A stretch of DNA of 63,915 nucleotides, counting the filler, from an uncultured delta proteobacterium (GTDB lineage Bacteria; Bdellovibrionota_C; UBA2361; CAIXSY01), in the NCBI GenBank assembly GCA_903922175.1. It is 7 parts of 7 records of this genome, joined end to end, with 100 filler letters (N's around TTAATTAATTAA, not from the genome) between each part and the next. Parts side by side here need not be neighbours in the genome. Positions count along the whole stretch, not along the records: positions 18,769 to 31,472 come from CAIXSY010000109.1; 6 more parts are not named here. One strand, 5' to 3'. The notes under the pieces were generated by a model. It was not told the DNA's origin. It made no database searches and was given only the letters and a program-made list of their open reading frames with translations. Both the position numbers and the translations under genes were made by a program. Below, one piece after another: positions 18,769-28,958 of this stretch; positions within the stretch are counted from its first letter, which is position 1, and every line of letters starts with the position of its first letter.

Positions 18769-21700
18769 CCCAAGCTTGATCCGGAGACGGAGCTGGCAAT
18801 TTCCCAAAATCACCTCGCAAAAGCCAAGGTTTGCGGTGCAATTAGAATCGGGCTGGAGCTTAGGCCGCGGCTGCTAAAAGCAGGAAAAGGGAACACCGAG
18901 GTTACCATAGAGCTTGGTGGCCGACCCATTGTGTTTCGGCGTCGAGAGTCCGCCTGCATTGCCCTTTGGGCATGTAGGAAAAGCGATGCTCCTCATGTGA
19001 TCAGGTCGTGTGATGGAACGCTTGGTGAGATTCCTACGGTTAGTGATTCCTCAGATCTTGTCATAAGCCTTCACGGGTTAACTGAAAAGCAAGTAACCAG
19101 CGCCCATCGTTTGGCGCCAACGTTGAATAGGCTAATAAGCGCTAAAGCTAAGCACAAGCGCCAGGCGACGTTGAAGATTGACGGGACATCAGTCATCTTT
19201 ACTCTAAAAAAAATCGGCACGTCGCCGGTATGGACATGCCCAAATGAGGCGCTGACGGCAATAAGGCGAAAATTTCGAAGCTACCCAGCAGTTAATGTGG
19301 CAAGTGAGCTGGTAATTTCGCCTGATGCCTTTAAAGCAGCGAACTTGTCTGGCGGCGATAAAGTCTCGCCAAAGCTAAACACTTTGCTGAATAGGAAAAG
19401 TAAGAGAGGCACCGAGGTAACTTTACGTTTAGGTGATGTGGAAATCTCTTTCTCGCGACGTCATAACCACGGCAAATCGGTCTGGGTGTGCGATCCTAAA
19501 AAGGGAGCAGCTATTGCCGAGCATTATGGCTTCTTTCCACAAGTTGATCCGCAAAATGAAGTGGCTCTCACGAACAACGGCTTACGTGAGGCCAAAATAC
19601 GCGGATTTTGCAAGATTTGCCCCGCGCTGCAAGCCAAACTTGATAAGGCTGCAGGAAAACAAAATAATCATTCTTTAAGAATTGGCGAACAAGACGTAAC
19701 GTTCTTCAGACGAATGGTCCACTCAGCTGCAATATGGGCATTTGCACGTTCTGATATCGCTCATGTTGCCGCGTATAGAAAGCGCCCGCCATTTCCAGAC
19801 GAGGAAAAGGAGCTGGCGATCTCCTTGACTGGACTCGAAAGTATTGGAGTTGGGGCTGGTGCACGTATTGCGAAGTCATTGAATCAGGCCATAGATCGAG
19901 TAGCAAATGATAGTGATACAGCTGCACTGGTACTTGCTGGAAGAAGTATCTCCTTCCATCGGCGGGCATGTGGCGTATCAGCTGAGGTTTGGGTTTGTGC
20001 TAAAGAGCATGCTTGGGACATAGCACGCAATTATGGAGTACTCTTACACTCCAACTCCGATCGCCATCATGGTGTCTCTGAAAAGGAGTTCCTAGCGTTA
20101 GGGATAAAATCGCCGGCCCGTGTTGCGGCGGAGCTTAACCTAATGATTGAGCGAGCGGCAAAGGGAGGGCATCGCGTTAAGCTCGCCGTTGGAGGTCGGG
20201 AAGTAACGTTCAGTAGACGGTACAAGGCAAGCCGTCCGGTTTGGACATTTCATAAAATGGCTAGCCCATTTATCACTGCTCATTTTGCCAGTCATCCCCA
20301 AATAAATCTTGCTGGAGAGATTGCCGTGAGCATACCTGGTCTTTCCGAGGCCAAGATGCCGGGAGCACAACGTATCGGCCCAGTCCTAAGGGCGCTTATA
20401 GATAGCGAGGCTAAAGGGAAAAATGAAATAATCGTATTACTCGGTGGTGAAGAGATAAGTTTTGCGAAGCGACTCCGTGGAACATCAACAGTTTGGGCCT
20501 GTCCGCGGACGGGGCTTTCTGCCATAGGGAGGCATTTCAACGTTGAATGGGATGAACAAACCGAGGGACTATTGCAATTGCCCAGCGTGGTGGACGCAGC
20601 GGCTCTCTTAGGTTCCGATCCGATGCGCCTAAGCACATATCTTCAGTTTGTGCTTCCTCATGTCAGTTCTGATATTCGTCGTCGTGTTGCCGTACGTGCG
20701 TTACGTGGGCTTGGAGGGGCGGTCGAGGCGGAGGTATTTCCCAATTTTACGACCTCTTTGGCACCAGTCACTGTTCAAGAGCCAGCTGCGTTAGAATGTT
20801 CGACTAAAGACAGTTCCGTGCTGGTAAGAGGAACCGCCCCGCATGGATCAGAAACAGTGGAAGTGCGTGGAGACTACAGTTTTTCGGTAAACGTCGCTGC
20901 GGACGGCTCCTTTAGCGTTCGCTTACCTTTGCGACGCACTGCGGAACTGCACACCTTTTCTTTATTTGCGGTTAATCGCCGTTCCGAGGTTAGAGGACTC
21001 GAAGTTGAGCTTAAAGTATTGCAGGAGGGAGTCGCCCGACCGACAGATACGGTGTATCAAGAGCTACTTCTTTTACGAACAGATCTAGCGGAGCGACTGC
21101 GGTCCGACCCTTTCTTGCGCAGCAAGTTCAATTGGGCATTCGAAACAAGTTTTCTTAAGTTGTTTACCCGTGACGAAGAAGCGGGGTTTGCTGAACTCGC
21201 TAGACGACAGGCGGCAGCCATTAATACGACTCAAAGGCAGGCCCTAGAAGAGGTCGAGCGACTGTTCAGACAAATTGTATCGACACCCGTCCAAACCAAA
21301 ATCCCTCTTCTGTTCTTCCAGAAATATATTCTCTTTAAATGCGCTGGGCTGGCGGCGAGTGAGCGCCGCGGTGTGCTCCTTGCATTAGAGCAGGGGCTCG
21401 GGAAAACGGCTATCGCGCTGGCACTCTCCGTCTTAGAGGAATTAACAGTAATTGCGCCTAATGCCGTTGTCACCGCGTGGCAGCGAGAGGCACGGCGATT
21501 TCTACGGGAGCCAAAGCTTGAGGTACTTGAGGGGCCGCACTCAAGTCGCGAGGCTCGATTGAGTGAATCACGGCCAATGCAGCTCGTAACAAATGTCGAG
21601 TTTACCCGAACTGATTCCGAATCAAGATTGCAGAAGCTCTCCAGGCCAAAAGGCATCTTGGTTGTCGACGAAGCAGATTACTTAGGGGCAGCCCGTAGTC

Positions 21701-23028
21701 AGCAGGCCATAGGTACCAGGCAACTCACTGCACGCTTTTCAATACTTCTGTCGGGCACTCCATTTCGCCGCTATACGCAAATCGGAAATGTACTACGCAT
21801 GTTCAACCCAGACGATGCGCGCTTTGCTAGTCAAGCTTCTTTTGCCAGGGCTTTTCCACAGGCGGATCCGGCAACCTATCCTCAGCTCCACGCCCTTATG
21901 GAGGAATATATGTTCCGCTTGCGGGCTCAAGATGTATTTGATTTTTGTGAGCCTGGTGACTCGGTAGATGAGATGCGCCACAAACTTCCAAGCATGCGAA
22001 TGCTTACGCCTGATGAGACGGGCCACGGTGTTTTTGAACTAAGCGAGGCTCAATGCAACTCGATACGAAAGCTACTGACTAATTACAGGGAGTGGTGCAG
22101 CCAACATCGTGGGCATTTTCTCACCGAGCGAGACCTGCGCTATAAGCAGGCCAGGGCAGGATTTTTCTCACGACGAGAAGCCCTTCGGCAGATCATGAAC
22201 AGTCCCGAATATATTGGAATTACGGGAGCACCGTCACCGAAGATGGAAGCCATGAAGAAAATTGTCGACCTGGAAATGGCGAAACCAGATTCTAAAGTAA
22301 TAATTTTTTGCCGGTACCGGGAACAGGTCGAACGCTACGCACGGCAATTCGCGTCCTACGGTGTGTGCCGTTATTATGGTGGGCTGCCGACGGACAGTGA
22401 GGGGTTCGCCCTAGATGCGGCAGGCCGACGGATGCGGTATGTCATCGATACTGCCGGAGTGCCTAGGGAGTCGAGCCTGAGTGATGCGGTCCAACTTCGC
22501 GCACTTGATGTCGAAGAGATGCGTTTTCAAAATGATCCTTCCCAGCGAATTATCATAGCCACCCATGACGCCGGCGGCGTCGGCGTCACATTCTCGGCAG
22601 CCCATGCGATGATTTTTGATGACCTTGGCGCAACTGCCCGAGATGAGTCGCAAATGCTCAAGCGCGCTCATCGCATCGACCTTAGTCGGCCAAAGCCTGA
22701 GGTACGCTATTACTGGATGCATGCGCGCTATCCTCAATCCGTTCTCGATAGCATGCCTCCGGTAATTCGGGAGCGTTATTTTGATATGGGAAGCTACGAT
22801 CAAGTACACGCTCAGATGCTCCGCCAGCAGTCGCTTGAATTTCATCGTATCATGGATGGTGTTGGCGATGATGCAGAGCTGGTCTCACTTCATGTTAAGC
22901 TCAAGCAAATGATGCCATTTCTTTTCCTTACGGAAGCTGAGGCAGAGGAGTTTGCCCGCCACGAAGAGGCCGTACTTCTTGGTGATGAGATTGAGGAGGA
23001 TGACGAGCCAGACAGCCTGCCAACTTGA
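18769..23028 (+). CDS. SNF2-family (SF2) ATPase with seven N-terminal ~84-aa tandem repeats and an Ig-like domain; 5'-partial
   Basis: The frame is open from the contig edge at 18769. Motifs LEQGLGKT, VVDEADY, LSGTP, SPKM...KVIIFCRY, AGGVGVT and QMLKRAHRI. Repeats span 18769-~20550. Confidence 0.9.
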   Translation, partial: PKLDPETELAISQNHLAKAKVCGAIRIGLELRPRLLKAGKGNTEVTIELGGRPIVFRRRESACIALWACRKSDAPHVIRSCDGTLGEIPTVSDSSDLVISLHGLTEKQVTSAHRLAPTLNRLISAKAKHKRQATLKIDGTSVIFTLKKIGTSPVWTCPNEALTAIRRKFRSYPAVNVASELVISPDAFKAANLSGGDKVSPKLNTLLNRKSKRGTEVTLRLGDVEISFSRRHNHGKSVWVCDPKKGAAIAEHYGFFPQVDPQNEVALTNNGLREAKIRGFCKICPALQAKLDKAAGKQNNHSLRIGEQDVTFFRRMVHSAAIWAFARSDIAHVAAYRKRPPFPDEEKELAISLTGLESIGVGAGARIAKSLNQAIDRVANDSDTAALVLAGRSISFHRRACGVSAEVWVCAKEHAWDIARNYGVLLHSNSDRHHGVSEKEFLALGIKSPARVAAELNLMIERAAKGGHRVKLAVGGREVTFSRRYKASRPVWTFHKMASPFITAHFASHPQINLAGEIAVSIPGLSEAKMPGAQRIGPVLRALIDSEAKGKNEIIVLLGGEEISFAKRLRGTSTVWACPRTGLSAIGRHFNVEWDEQTEGLLQLPSVVDAAALLGSDPMRLSTYLQFVLPHVSSDIRRRVAVRALRGLGGAVEAEVFPNFTTSLAPVTVQEPAALECSTKDSSVLVRGTAPHGSETVEVRGDYSFSVNVAADGSFSVRLPLRRTAELHTFSLFAVNRRSEVRGLEVELKVLQEGVARPTDTVYQELLLLRTDLAERLRSDPFLRSKFNWAFETSFLKLFTRDEEAGFAELARRQAAAINTTQRQALEEVERLFRQIVSTPVQTKIPLLFFQKYILFKCAGLAASERRGVLLALEQGLGKTAIALALSVLEELTVIAPNAVVTAWQREARRFLREPKLEVLEGPHSSREARLSESRPMQLVTNVEFTRTDSESRLQKLSRPKGILVVDEADYLGAARSQQAIGTRQLTARFSILLSGTPFRRYTQIGNVLRMFNPDDARFASQASFARAFPQADPATYPQLHALMEEYMFRLRAQDVFDFCEPGDSVDEMRHKLPSMRMLTPDETGHGVFELSEAQCNSIRKLLTNYREWCSQHRGHFLTERDLRYKQARAGFFSRREALRQIMNSPEYIGITGAPSPKMEAMKKIVDLEMAKPDSKVIIFCRYREQVERYARQFASYGVCRYYGGLPTDSEGFALDAAGRRMRYVIDTAGVPRESSLSDAVQLRALDVEEMRFQNDPSQRIIIATHDAGGVGVTFSAAHAMIFDDLGATARDESQMLKRAHRIDLSRPKPEVRYYWMHARYPQSVLDSMPPVIRERYFDMGSYDQVHAQMLRQQSLEFHRIMDGVGDDAELVSLHVKLKQMMPFLFLTEAEAEEFARHEEAVLLGDEIEEDDEPDSLPT

Positions 23029-23392
23029 CCAATTACCAGTGTGTATATGTCTAGGAATGTCTAGGAAAATCAATTCTTTCCGCTATCAATATAGCGACTT
23101 AGAAGCGGATAGTGCAAGTCAGTTGAAACACGAGCTGGATTTTGGGGCAATTTGGTGACTTGTGTAGGAAGAAAGCTGAGAATTTTTATTTTTGGCCCGT
23201 CTCCAGAGGCGAAGCGCGGAATTTGTAGACAAATGACACTTAGCAACAGCTTGTTTTCATATGCCGCTTGCGTAAATAGCTAAAACACTTAGTTTTTGTC
23301 AATTCGCGCATCCAGTTATCCGAATACACCCCTGCCCTTTCGCCCACACGGCGTTGTCACTATTGGACCGCTACTGGATATACTCAAAGTCA

Positions 23393-24712
23393 CTAACCCG
23401 ACGACGACTCAGCGAGTAGAATCCGCTTAATCGCCGCAAAGTCAGGCGGTGCAAGGATTGAATATTTCTTCCCCTGCCTTGCTGCTTGTAGCGCTGCCGG
23501 CAACTCCGTGGGCAGCGTCACCACTCCGGCCAAAGCCTCGGCAAACTTTGCCGGATGAGCGGTGGCAAGCACAACCGTATGCCACGCAGAGCTAAAATCC
23601 GCGGCGTACTCCTTTGCCCCAAGGTAGCCAACCGCCGTGTGCGGATCAGCAATGTAGCCGTAACGCTGCTGCAGTTCAGCCAGCGCCGCGCGTGTCTGCG
23701 TATCGGAATGGCTACTGACGGCAATATCGCTACGCAACAAATTTAAGTCCGCGCCATAAAGATGCACGATGCGCGCCATATTACTCGGATTGCCCACGTC
23801 CATGGCGTTACTGATCGTGGCCTGCGCTGGACGCGGTGTTAAAACTCCACTACTAAAAAAGTCTTTAAGGGCGGTGTTGGCATTAAGCGCCGCTACAAAT
23901 TTGTGATGCGGAAGACCCATCCTGGCGGCGAAAAGTCCCGCGCAGAGATTACCGAGGTTCCCCGAAGGCACAGCAAAAACTACCGGCAAAGAATCTTTCG
24001 GCAGCTGACTAAGCGCATAAAAATAATAAAAAATCTGCGGCAGCAGCCGCGCGAGATTAATCGAATTGGCTGAGCTAAGATCCATCTGCTCGTTAATCTC
24101 TCGGTCAAGAAGCGCTTGCTTTACTAAGCGCTGACAATCATCAAACGTGCCGATTACCTCCACGGCCGTCACATTGCCGCCGAGCGTTGCTATCTGCTGC
24201 TCCTGCAGCGTGCTGATACGTTTTGAGGGATAGAGCACCACGACGCGAAACCCAGGCCGCTTATAAAAAGCGTGCGCGACGGCGGCACCGGTATCACCTG
24301 AGGTGGCAACAAGGATAGTCGTTTCGGGGGCAGCGAGTGCGCGAAGCTCCTGCAACAGGGCCGCCATGAAGCGTGCGCCAACGTCTTTGAAAGCCAGAGA
24401 CGGCCCGTGAAACAATTCGAGAACAGAGAGCTTGTCGCTCAGACGGCGAAGCGGCAGTGGGAACGAAAAGGCCTCAGTAATTAGGCGCCGCAGCGCGCCG
24501 TCATCCAGCAGATCTCCAAGTAGTGCGCGTCCCAGAGCATAGGCGATCTCCTGAAAAGACATACCCGGCAGGCTATCCAAAAACGCCTGCGGCATGCGCG
24601 GCAAGCTCTCCGGCATAAGAAGCCCGCCATCGGGTGCAAGCCCCATCGTCAGCGCCTGGCGCAGCGAGTAGCGCTCCGTAGAAGCGTTCGTACTGATGCA
24701 CATGGCACTCAT
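23393..24712 (-). CDS. thrC: Threonine synthase
   Basis: GLAPDGGL, ELFHGPSLAFKD, ATSGDTG, SANSINLARL, VPSGNLGN, DPHTAVG and ATAHPAKF. Confidence 0.97.
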   Translation of the reverse strand: MSAMCISTNASTERYSLRQALTMGLAPDGGLLMPESLPRMPQAFLDSLPGMSFQEIAYALGRALLGDLLDDGALRRLITEAFSFPLPLRRLSDKLSVLELFHGPSLAFKDVGARFMAALLQELRALAAPETTILVATSGDTGAAVAHAFYKRPGFRVVVLYPSKRISTLQEQQIATLGGNVTAVEVIGTFDDCQRLVKQALLDREINEQMDLSSANSINLARLLPQIFYYFYALSQLPKDSLPVVFAVPSGNLGNLCAGLFAARMGLPHHKFVAALNANTALKDFFSSGVLTPRPAQATISNAMDVGNPSNMARIVHLYGADLNLLRSDIAVSSHSDTQTRAALAELQQRYGYIADPHTAVGYLGAKEYAADFSSAWHTVVLATAHPAKFAEALAGVVTLPTELPAALQAARQGKKYSILAPPDFAAIKRILLAESSSG

Positions 24713-25656
24713 GCGAGGACCCCTCCACCATCACAGGCGATACGCGAAATGATGCTTGAACTCTCAATAGCCACACTCTTAAATGCCGCACGCATGGCAG
24801 CAGCGGCATCCTGTACCTGCTGATCCCCGGCGAACAACGCAAAGATCGCCGGTCCTGACCCGGACAAGCTGCAACCCAGGGCTCCGGCATCAAGCGCCGC
24901 ACGCTTAACGGCATCAAAGCCCGGGACGAGAAGCTTTCGTTGCGGCTCAATGATACCGTCTTCAAGGGAGCGACCGATTAGTTCGTAATCAGCACGGTAC
25001 AATCCGGCGATAAGCCCGCCGATATTGCCCCACTGCTTGACCGCATCGGCAAGGGTGATCTGGCGCTGCAGGAGGCGACGCGCATCTTCGGTCTTCACCT
25101 CAATATGCGGGTGGACGACGACGCAGCGAAGCTCCTCGGGTGCGGCGATCTTAATCAGGTCGAGTGGCTGCGCGCTACGGATAAGGACAAAGCCCCCAAA
25201 AAGCGCCGGCGCCGCGTTATCGGCATGGGCCGAGCCGCAGGCAACCTTCTCCCCCGCCAGCGCAAAAGGCAAAAGGTCCTCTTTGGCAAGCGGCGAGCCG
25301 AACAGTGCGTTGACGGCGAGCACTCCTGCCACAGCGCTTGCCGCGCTTGATCCAAGTCCGCTTCCAAGCGGCAGCCCTTTAAAAACCTCTAGCGCGATAC
25401 CACGCCGCTCACCGATATGCGTAAGAAACGCCTGCGCCGCAACCGAGGCGGTGTTTTTTTGCGGATCATGCGGCAGCCGGCCGTTATCACCGTGCACGGC
25501 GCTAATCGATAGCCCGGCCTCGGTCGTAAAGCGCGCGACCACTTCATCACGCGGCTGCTCTAGGGCAAAGCCTAGAATATCAAAAGCGCAGCCGACATTG
25601 GCAACAGTAGCCGGGGCAAAAGCTCGGACATTACCTTTTATATTGGTTATAGACAT
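24709..25656 (-). CDS. thrB: Homoserine kinase
   Basis: APATVANVGCAFD, GHMP motif PLGSGLGSSAAS, HADNAAP and LSGSGP. Confidence 0.97.
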   Translation of the reverse strand: MSITNIKGNVRAFAPATVANVGCAFDILGFALEQPRDEVVARFTTEAGLSISAVHGDNGRLPHDPQKNTASVAAQAFLTHIGERRGIALEVFKGLPLGSGLGSSAASAVAGVLAVNALFGSPLAKEDLLPFALAGEKVACGSAHADNAAPALFGGFVLIRSAQPLDLIKIAAPEELRCVVVHPHIEVKTEDARRLLQRQITLADAVKQWGNIGGLIAGLYRADYELIGRSLEDGIIEPQRKLLVPGFDAVKRAALDAGALGCSLSGSGPAIFALFAGDQQVQDAAAAMRAAFKSVAIESSSIISRIACDGGGVLA

Positions 25657-25659
25657 GGG

Positions 25660-28104
25660 TTAACTCGCAATCCGAATAATATCAGCAAACACAGCCGCGG
25701 CGGTAACTTCCGCCCCGGCACCCGGACCTTTGACGACGAGCGGCTGCTGACGATAGCGCTCGGTTGTAAATATGACCATGTTGTCGTTGCCCGAGAGCGC
25801 ATGCAGCGGATGCATTGCCGGCACAGCCCGCAGGGCAAGCTGCGCCTTGCCATTTTCAAGCACTCCGACATAACGCAGAGAGCACGAACGCGCCTGCGCC
25901 TCTCTCACGCGCAGCGCATACTCAGCGTCAAGCTGCGGAAGTTTCTCCAAAAACTCAGCCGCGGTGGGTATTGCAAGAAATGCCGCCGATAAAAGCGGCT
26001 CAATTTGAACCTGAGACAGATCGAGATCAAGTCCACACTCGCGCGCAAGAATTACCAGTTTGCGCGCGGCATCAAGCCCGTTGAGATCGTCTCGCGGATC
26101 GGGCTCGGTATAGCCACGCTGGCGCGCCTCGGTCACCGCGCGGCTAAAGCTGCACTCGGCGCTCAAAGAGTTGAAGATAAAGCTCAGCGTGCCTGAAAGC
26201 ACAGCTTCAATGCGCACGATGGAATCTCCGCTGCGCAAAAGGTCATTCAGGGTCCCAATAATCGGCAGCCCCGCGCCCACACTTGCTTCATACAAAAAAG
26301 CAACTCCGCGTTTCCGGGCAAGTTGCTTTAGCGTCGAAAAATGAGCCGCCTCTCCTGCCTGAGCACGCTTACTCGGCGTCACCAGCGCAATGCTGGCCTC
26401 CAACAAGGGCTGATACTGCCGAGCCACCTCTTCGCTGGCGGTGCAGTCAACAAACACACTGCTCGGCAGATTGAGCTCGCGAATCTGCTGCACAAAAGAC
26501 GCTACATCGCTCGTACAAGGATGCTTCTGCAGCGTCTCGAACGCCTGTTCCGCCGGGATGCCCAGCGGGTTAAGCAGCTGATGCGCTTGATTGCGAACCC
26601 CGACAATGCGCACGTCGAGTCCGAGCTTCTCTCCCAAGATCGGCGCCTGCGCAGCGATCTGCTTGATTAGGGTTTTGCCGATAAGCCCTGTGCCGCACAG
26701 AAAGACGTTAATCGTGCGATGCCAAGAGAGGAAAAAGGCATCGTGAATAGCGTTGAGCGCCTTGGCTTCATCCTGCCGACCGAGCACTACCGAAATATTT
26801 AGCTCAGACGATCCCTGGGCGATAGCGACAACGTTGATACCGTTTCGACCAAGCGCGTGAAATAGGCAGGCTGACACCCCCGGCGTACGGCGCATGTTCT
26901 CGCCAACAACCGAGACTATCGCTAGATCAGGCTCAAGGTGGGCAGGCTCGACAAGCCCGGCGCGAATCTCAAGCGCAAACTCCTGATCAAGCGCCTGCTT
27001 AGCGTTCACTGCCTCCTGCGGCTGAACAGCACAGCAGATCGTATGCTCGGAAGATGCTTGGGTAATCAGAATCACACTGATCTTGGCTTTGGCCAGGGCG
27101 CCGAACATACGCCCAGCCGTCCCGGCAACACCGATCAGACCACTTCCCTGCATTCGCAGCAGTGAAACCGCCGAGATAGAGGCTATGCCGGTGATGACCG
27201 CTGCCACAGCTGCCGGATGACGTTCGATCCGCGTTCCTGGAGCCTGCGGTCGAAAGGTGTTCTTAATAAGCAGCGGGATGTCCTGCTGCATCGCCGGGGC
27301 CAGAGTCGGTGGATAGATTACCTTTGCCCCAAAATGACACAGCTCCTGCGCCTCCTCGTAGCTTACCGCTGGAAGCGGAAAGGCGCGCGCCACCTTACGA
27401 GGATCGGCCGTGTACATCCCGTCAACATCGGTCCAGATCTCGATCTCGGCTGCGCTTAGGGCGCTACCGAGAATTGCCGCCGTATAATCGGAACCACCAC
27501 GCCCAAGTGTCGTCGTAACCCCATTGACGGTGGCACCGATAAATCCGGTTACGATCGGAAGTGCTTTTGATGCGGCGAAATAGGCGCGCAGCAAGCGGCC
27601 GGTCTCGGCGAAGTCGACCTGTGCGCAGCCGAAACTAGCATCGGTACGAATAAGTTCGCGTGCATCGACATACTGCGCCGCTGTGCCAGTGGCGCTGCAT
27701 GCCTGCGCAATCGTATAGGCCGACAGACGCTCACCAAAGCTCATAATCGCATCGCGCGTACGCAACGAAAGTTCACGCACGAGGAACACGCCCTGCAAGA
27801 TCTCCCCCAGCTCGTTAACCCATAGCTTAAGCTGCAAAAGCAGTGGACTCTGTAACGCAGCCGGCACAAGATCACGCACCACGCCAAAGTGACGCTCCGC
27901 TAGGCGCTCAAGGCGTGCGCGGTAGGCATCGTTTCCGCCCTCGGCGAGCTCAGCCAGCGCCAGGAGCTCATTGGTTACGCCGGTGTAGGCTGACACCACC
28001 ACGGCAACAGGCCCTGAGGCCGCCGCCTTAGTCGAAATTGCGATGACCGACTTAATAATCTCAGGATTACCGACCGACGTTCCGCCGAATTTCAAAATGC
28101 GCAT
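25660..28104 (-). CDS. thrA: Bifunctional aspartokinase/homoserine dehydrogenase
   Basis: KFGGTS, TLGRGGSD, WTDVDG, two ACT domains, YEASVGAGLP, GYTEPDPRDDL and GPGAGAEVTA. ATG at 28104 (alternative TTG 28113). Confidence 0.97.
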   Translation of the reverse strand: MRILKFGGTSVGNPEIIKSVIAISTKAAASGPVAVVVSAYTGVTNELLALAELAEGGNDAYRARLERLAERHFGVVRDLVPAALQSPLLLQLKLWVNELGEILQGVFLVRELSLRTRDAIMSFGERLSAYTIAQACSATGTAAQYVDARELIRTDASFGCAQVDFAETGRLLRAYFAASKALPIVTGFIGATVNGVTTTLGRGGSDYTAAILGSALSAAEIEIWTDVDGMYTADPRKVARAFPLPAVSYEEAQELCHFGAKVIYPPTLAPAMQQDIPLLIKNTFRPQAPGTRIERHPAAVAAVITGIASISAVSLLRMQGSGLIGVAGTAGRMFGALAKAKISVILITQASSEHTICCAVQPQEAVNAKQALDQEFALEIRAGLVEPAHLEPDLAIVSVVGENMRRTPGVSACLFHALGRNGINVVAIAQGSSELNISVVLGRQDEAKALNAIHDAFFLSWHRTINVFLCGTGLIGKTLIKQIAAQAPILGEKLGLDVRIVGVRNQAHQLLNPLGIPAEQAFETLQKHPCTSDVASFVQQIRELNLPSSVFVDCTASEEVARQYQPLLEASIALVTPSKRAQAGEAAHFSTLKQLARKRGVAFLYEASVGAGLPIIGTLNDLLRSGDSIVRIEAVLSGTLSFIFNSLSAECSFSRAVTEARQRGYTEPDPRDDLNGLDAARKLVILARECGLDLDLSQVQIEPLLSAAFLAIPTAAEFLEKLPQLDAEYALRVREAQARSCSLRYVGVLENGKAQLALRAVPAMHPLHALSGNDNMVIFTTERYRQQPLVVKGPGAGAEVTAAAVFADIIRIAS

Positions 28105-28259
28105 AGAAAACAATTCTCCCCAGCCATAGTAGCAGGGAATTCGCGGGGAACAAAGATACTGCGTAACTAGTAGGGCGTAAGAATGTTTTTACCACTGAGG
28201 ACGCAGGGGGACGCAGAGAAACGCCCATTTTATGGGCTTTCCGTGCATTTTCTCTGAGC

Positions 28260-28377
28260 GAAAAGGAGGGACGCTTCCGACATTTGCATAAGAAAAGGAG
28301 GGACGCTTCCGACATTTGCATAAAGCGAAAAGGAGGGACGCTTCCGACATTTGCATAAAGTCGGTAGCGTCCCTACT
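28260..28377. repeat. REP-like cluster: three direct copies of a 32-mer plus one inverted variant
   Basis: gaaaaggagggacgcttccgacatttgcataa at 28260, 28292 and 28327, followed by agtcggtagcgtccctact. Confidence 0.9.
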
Positions 28378-28382
28378 AAATT

Positions 28383-28475
28383 TAAGGCCGTCGGCTGCGG
28401 CCGCAACTGATGCTGCAGCTGCATCTGATGCTGATAGCTGATAGCTGACTGCAGATCTCAGATAGCAGATTACAG
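28383..28475. repeat. Heptamer-type repeat element (gctgata/gctgact)
   Basis: Homologous to the reverse complement of 39315-39394 (taaggccgt.ggctgcggccg...gatagcagattacag). Confidence 0.75.
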
Positions 28476-28590
28476 GCCCCTCGCCCCTCTCTTCCGCGCG
28501 AATGCGCGGGTCGGTTCAACAAGTGCTTGTGCCGTAGCAGACAATCGACTTTATTAATACTGCAATATCAATCACTTGCCTCATACTCCC

Positions 28591-28617
28591 TCAACTCCTT
28601 CAAATTTCTACCGATAA
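28591..28617 (+). promoter_or_regulatory. Candidate sigma-28 promoter
   Basis: TCAA-N15-ACCGATAA, 21 nt upstream of a flagellar-type ORF. Confidence 0.6.
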
Positions 28618-28638
28618 TAATCAAACTGGAGTTTAATT

Positions 28639-28866
28639 ATGTCGTCGATCCAAAACATCGGTCTCCAAGGAATGAAACAGGGCTTTGCCTCAGCTGCCGA
28701 CAATGCGGAGAAGATTACCCAGGCATTTACTCCGGACAGCAGTGTAAGCGACCCGGTAGAGCCTATTATTGGCCTAGAACAGGCCAAACGTCAGGTCGAA
28801 GCCTCGGCTAAGGTGATTAAAGTCGGCAACGAACTCGACAAAGAGGTCTTGGATATCCTGGCGTAA
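28639..28866 (+). CDS. Small protein with flagellar rod/hook terminal domains (Flg_bbr_C-like)
   Basis: N-terminal IGLQGM...A.NA.KI and C-terminal EASAKVIK...LDILA, typical of axial-protein ends. RBS ggag. Confidence 0.8.
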   Translation: MSSIQNIGLQGMKQGFASAADNAEKITQAFTPDSSVSDPVEPIIGLEQAKRQVEASAKVIKVGNELDKEVLDILA

Positions 28867-28958
28867 CTCCGGGTGAAATCACTGATGTAGTCAGTTCTGA
28901 GTCACACCGCGCCCCATTTGCATCATAACTCCTACAGTTATACAAACTGACGAGGGTT

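Noticed and set aside
21661..21681. DEAD sequence suggesting a DEAD-box RNA helicase
   Set aside because: The other motifs (LEQGLGKT, LSGTP, SPK, KVIIF, RAHRI) follow the SNF2 layout.
28105..28260. Thr/Ile attenuator leader or riboswitch before thrA
   Set aside because: No Thr/Ile-rich leader peptide or recognisable aptamer; the region holds a half MITE.
28260..28358. Possible CRISPR array
   Set aside because: The repeats are separated by only 0-3 nt, so there are no spacers. No cas genes are present, and the unit belongs to a dispersed REP-like family.
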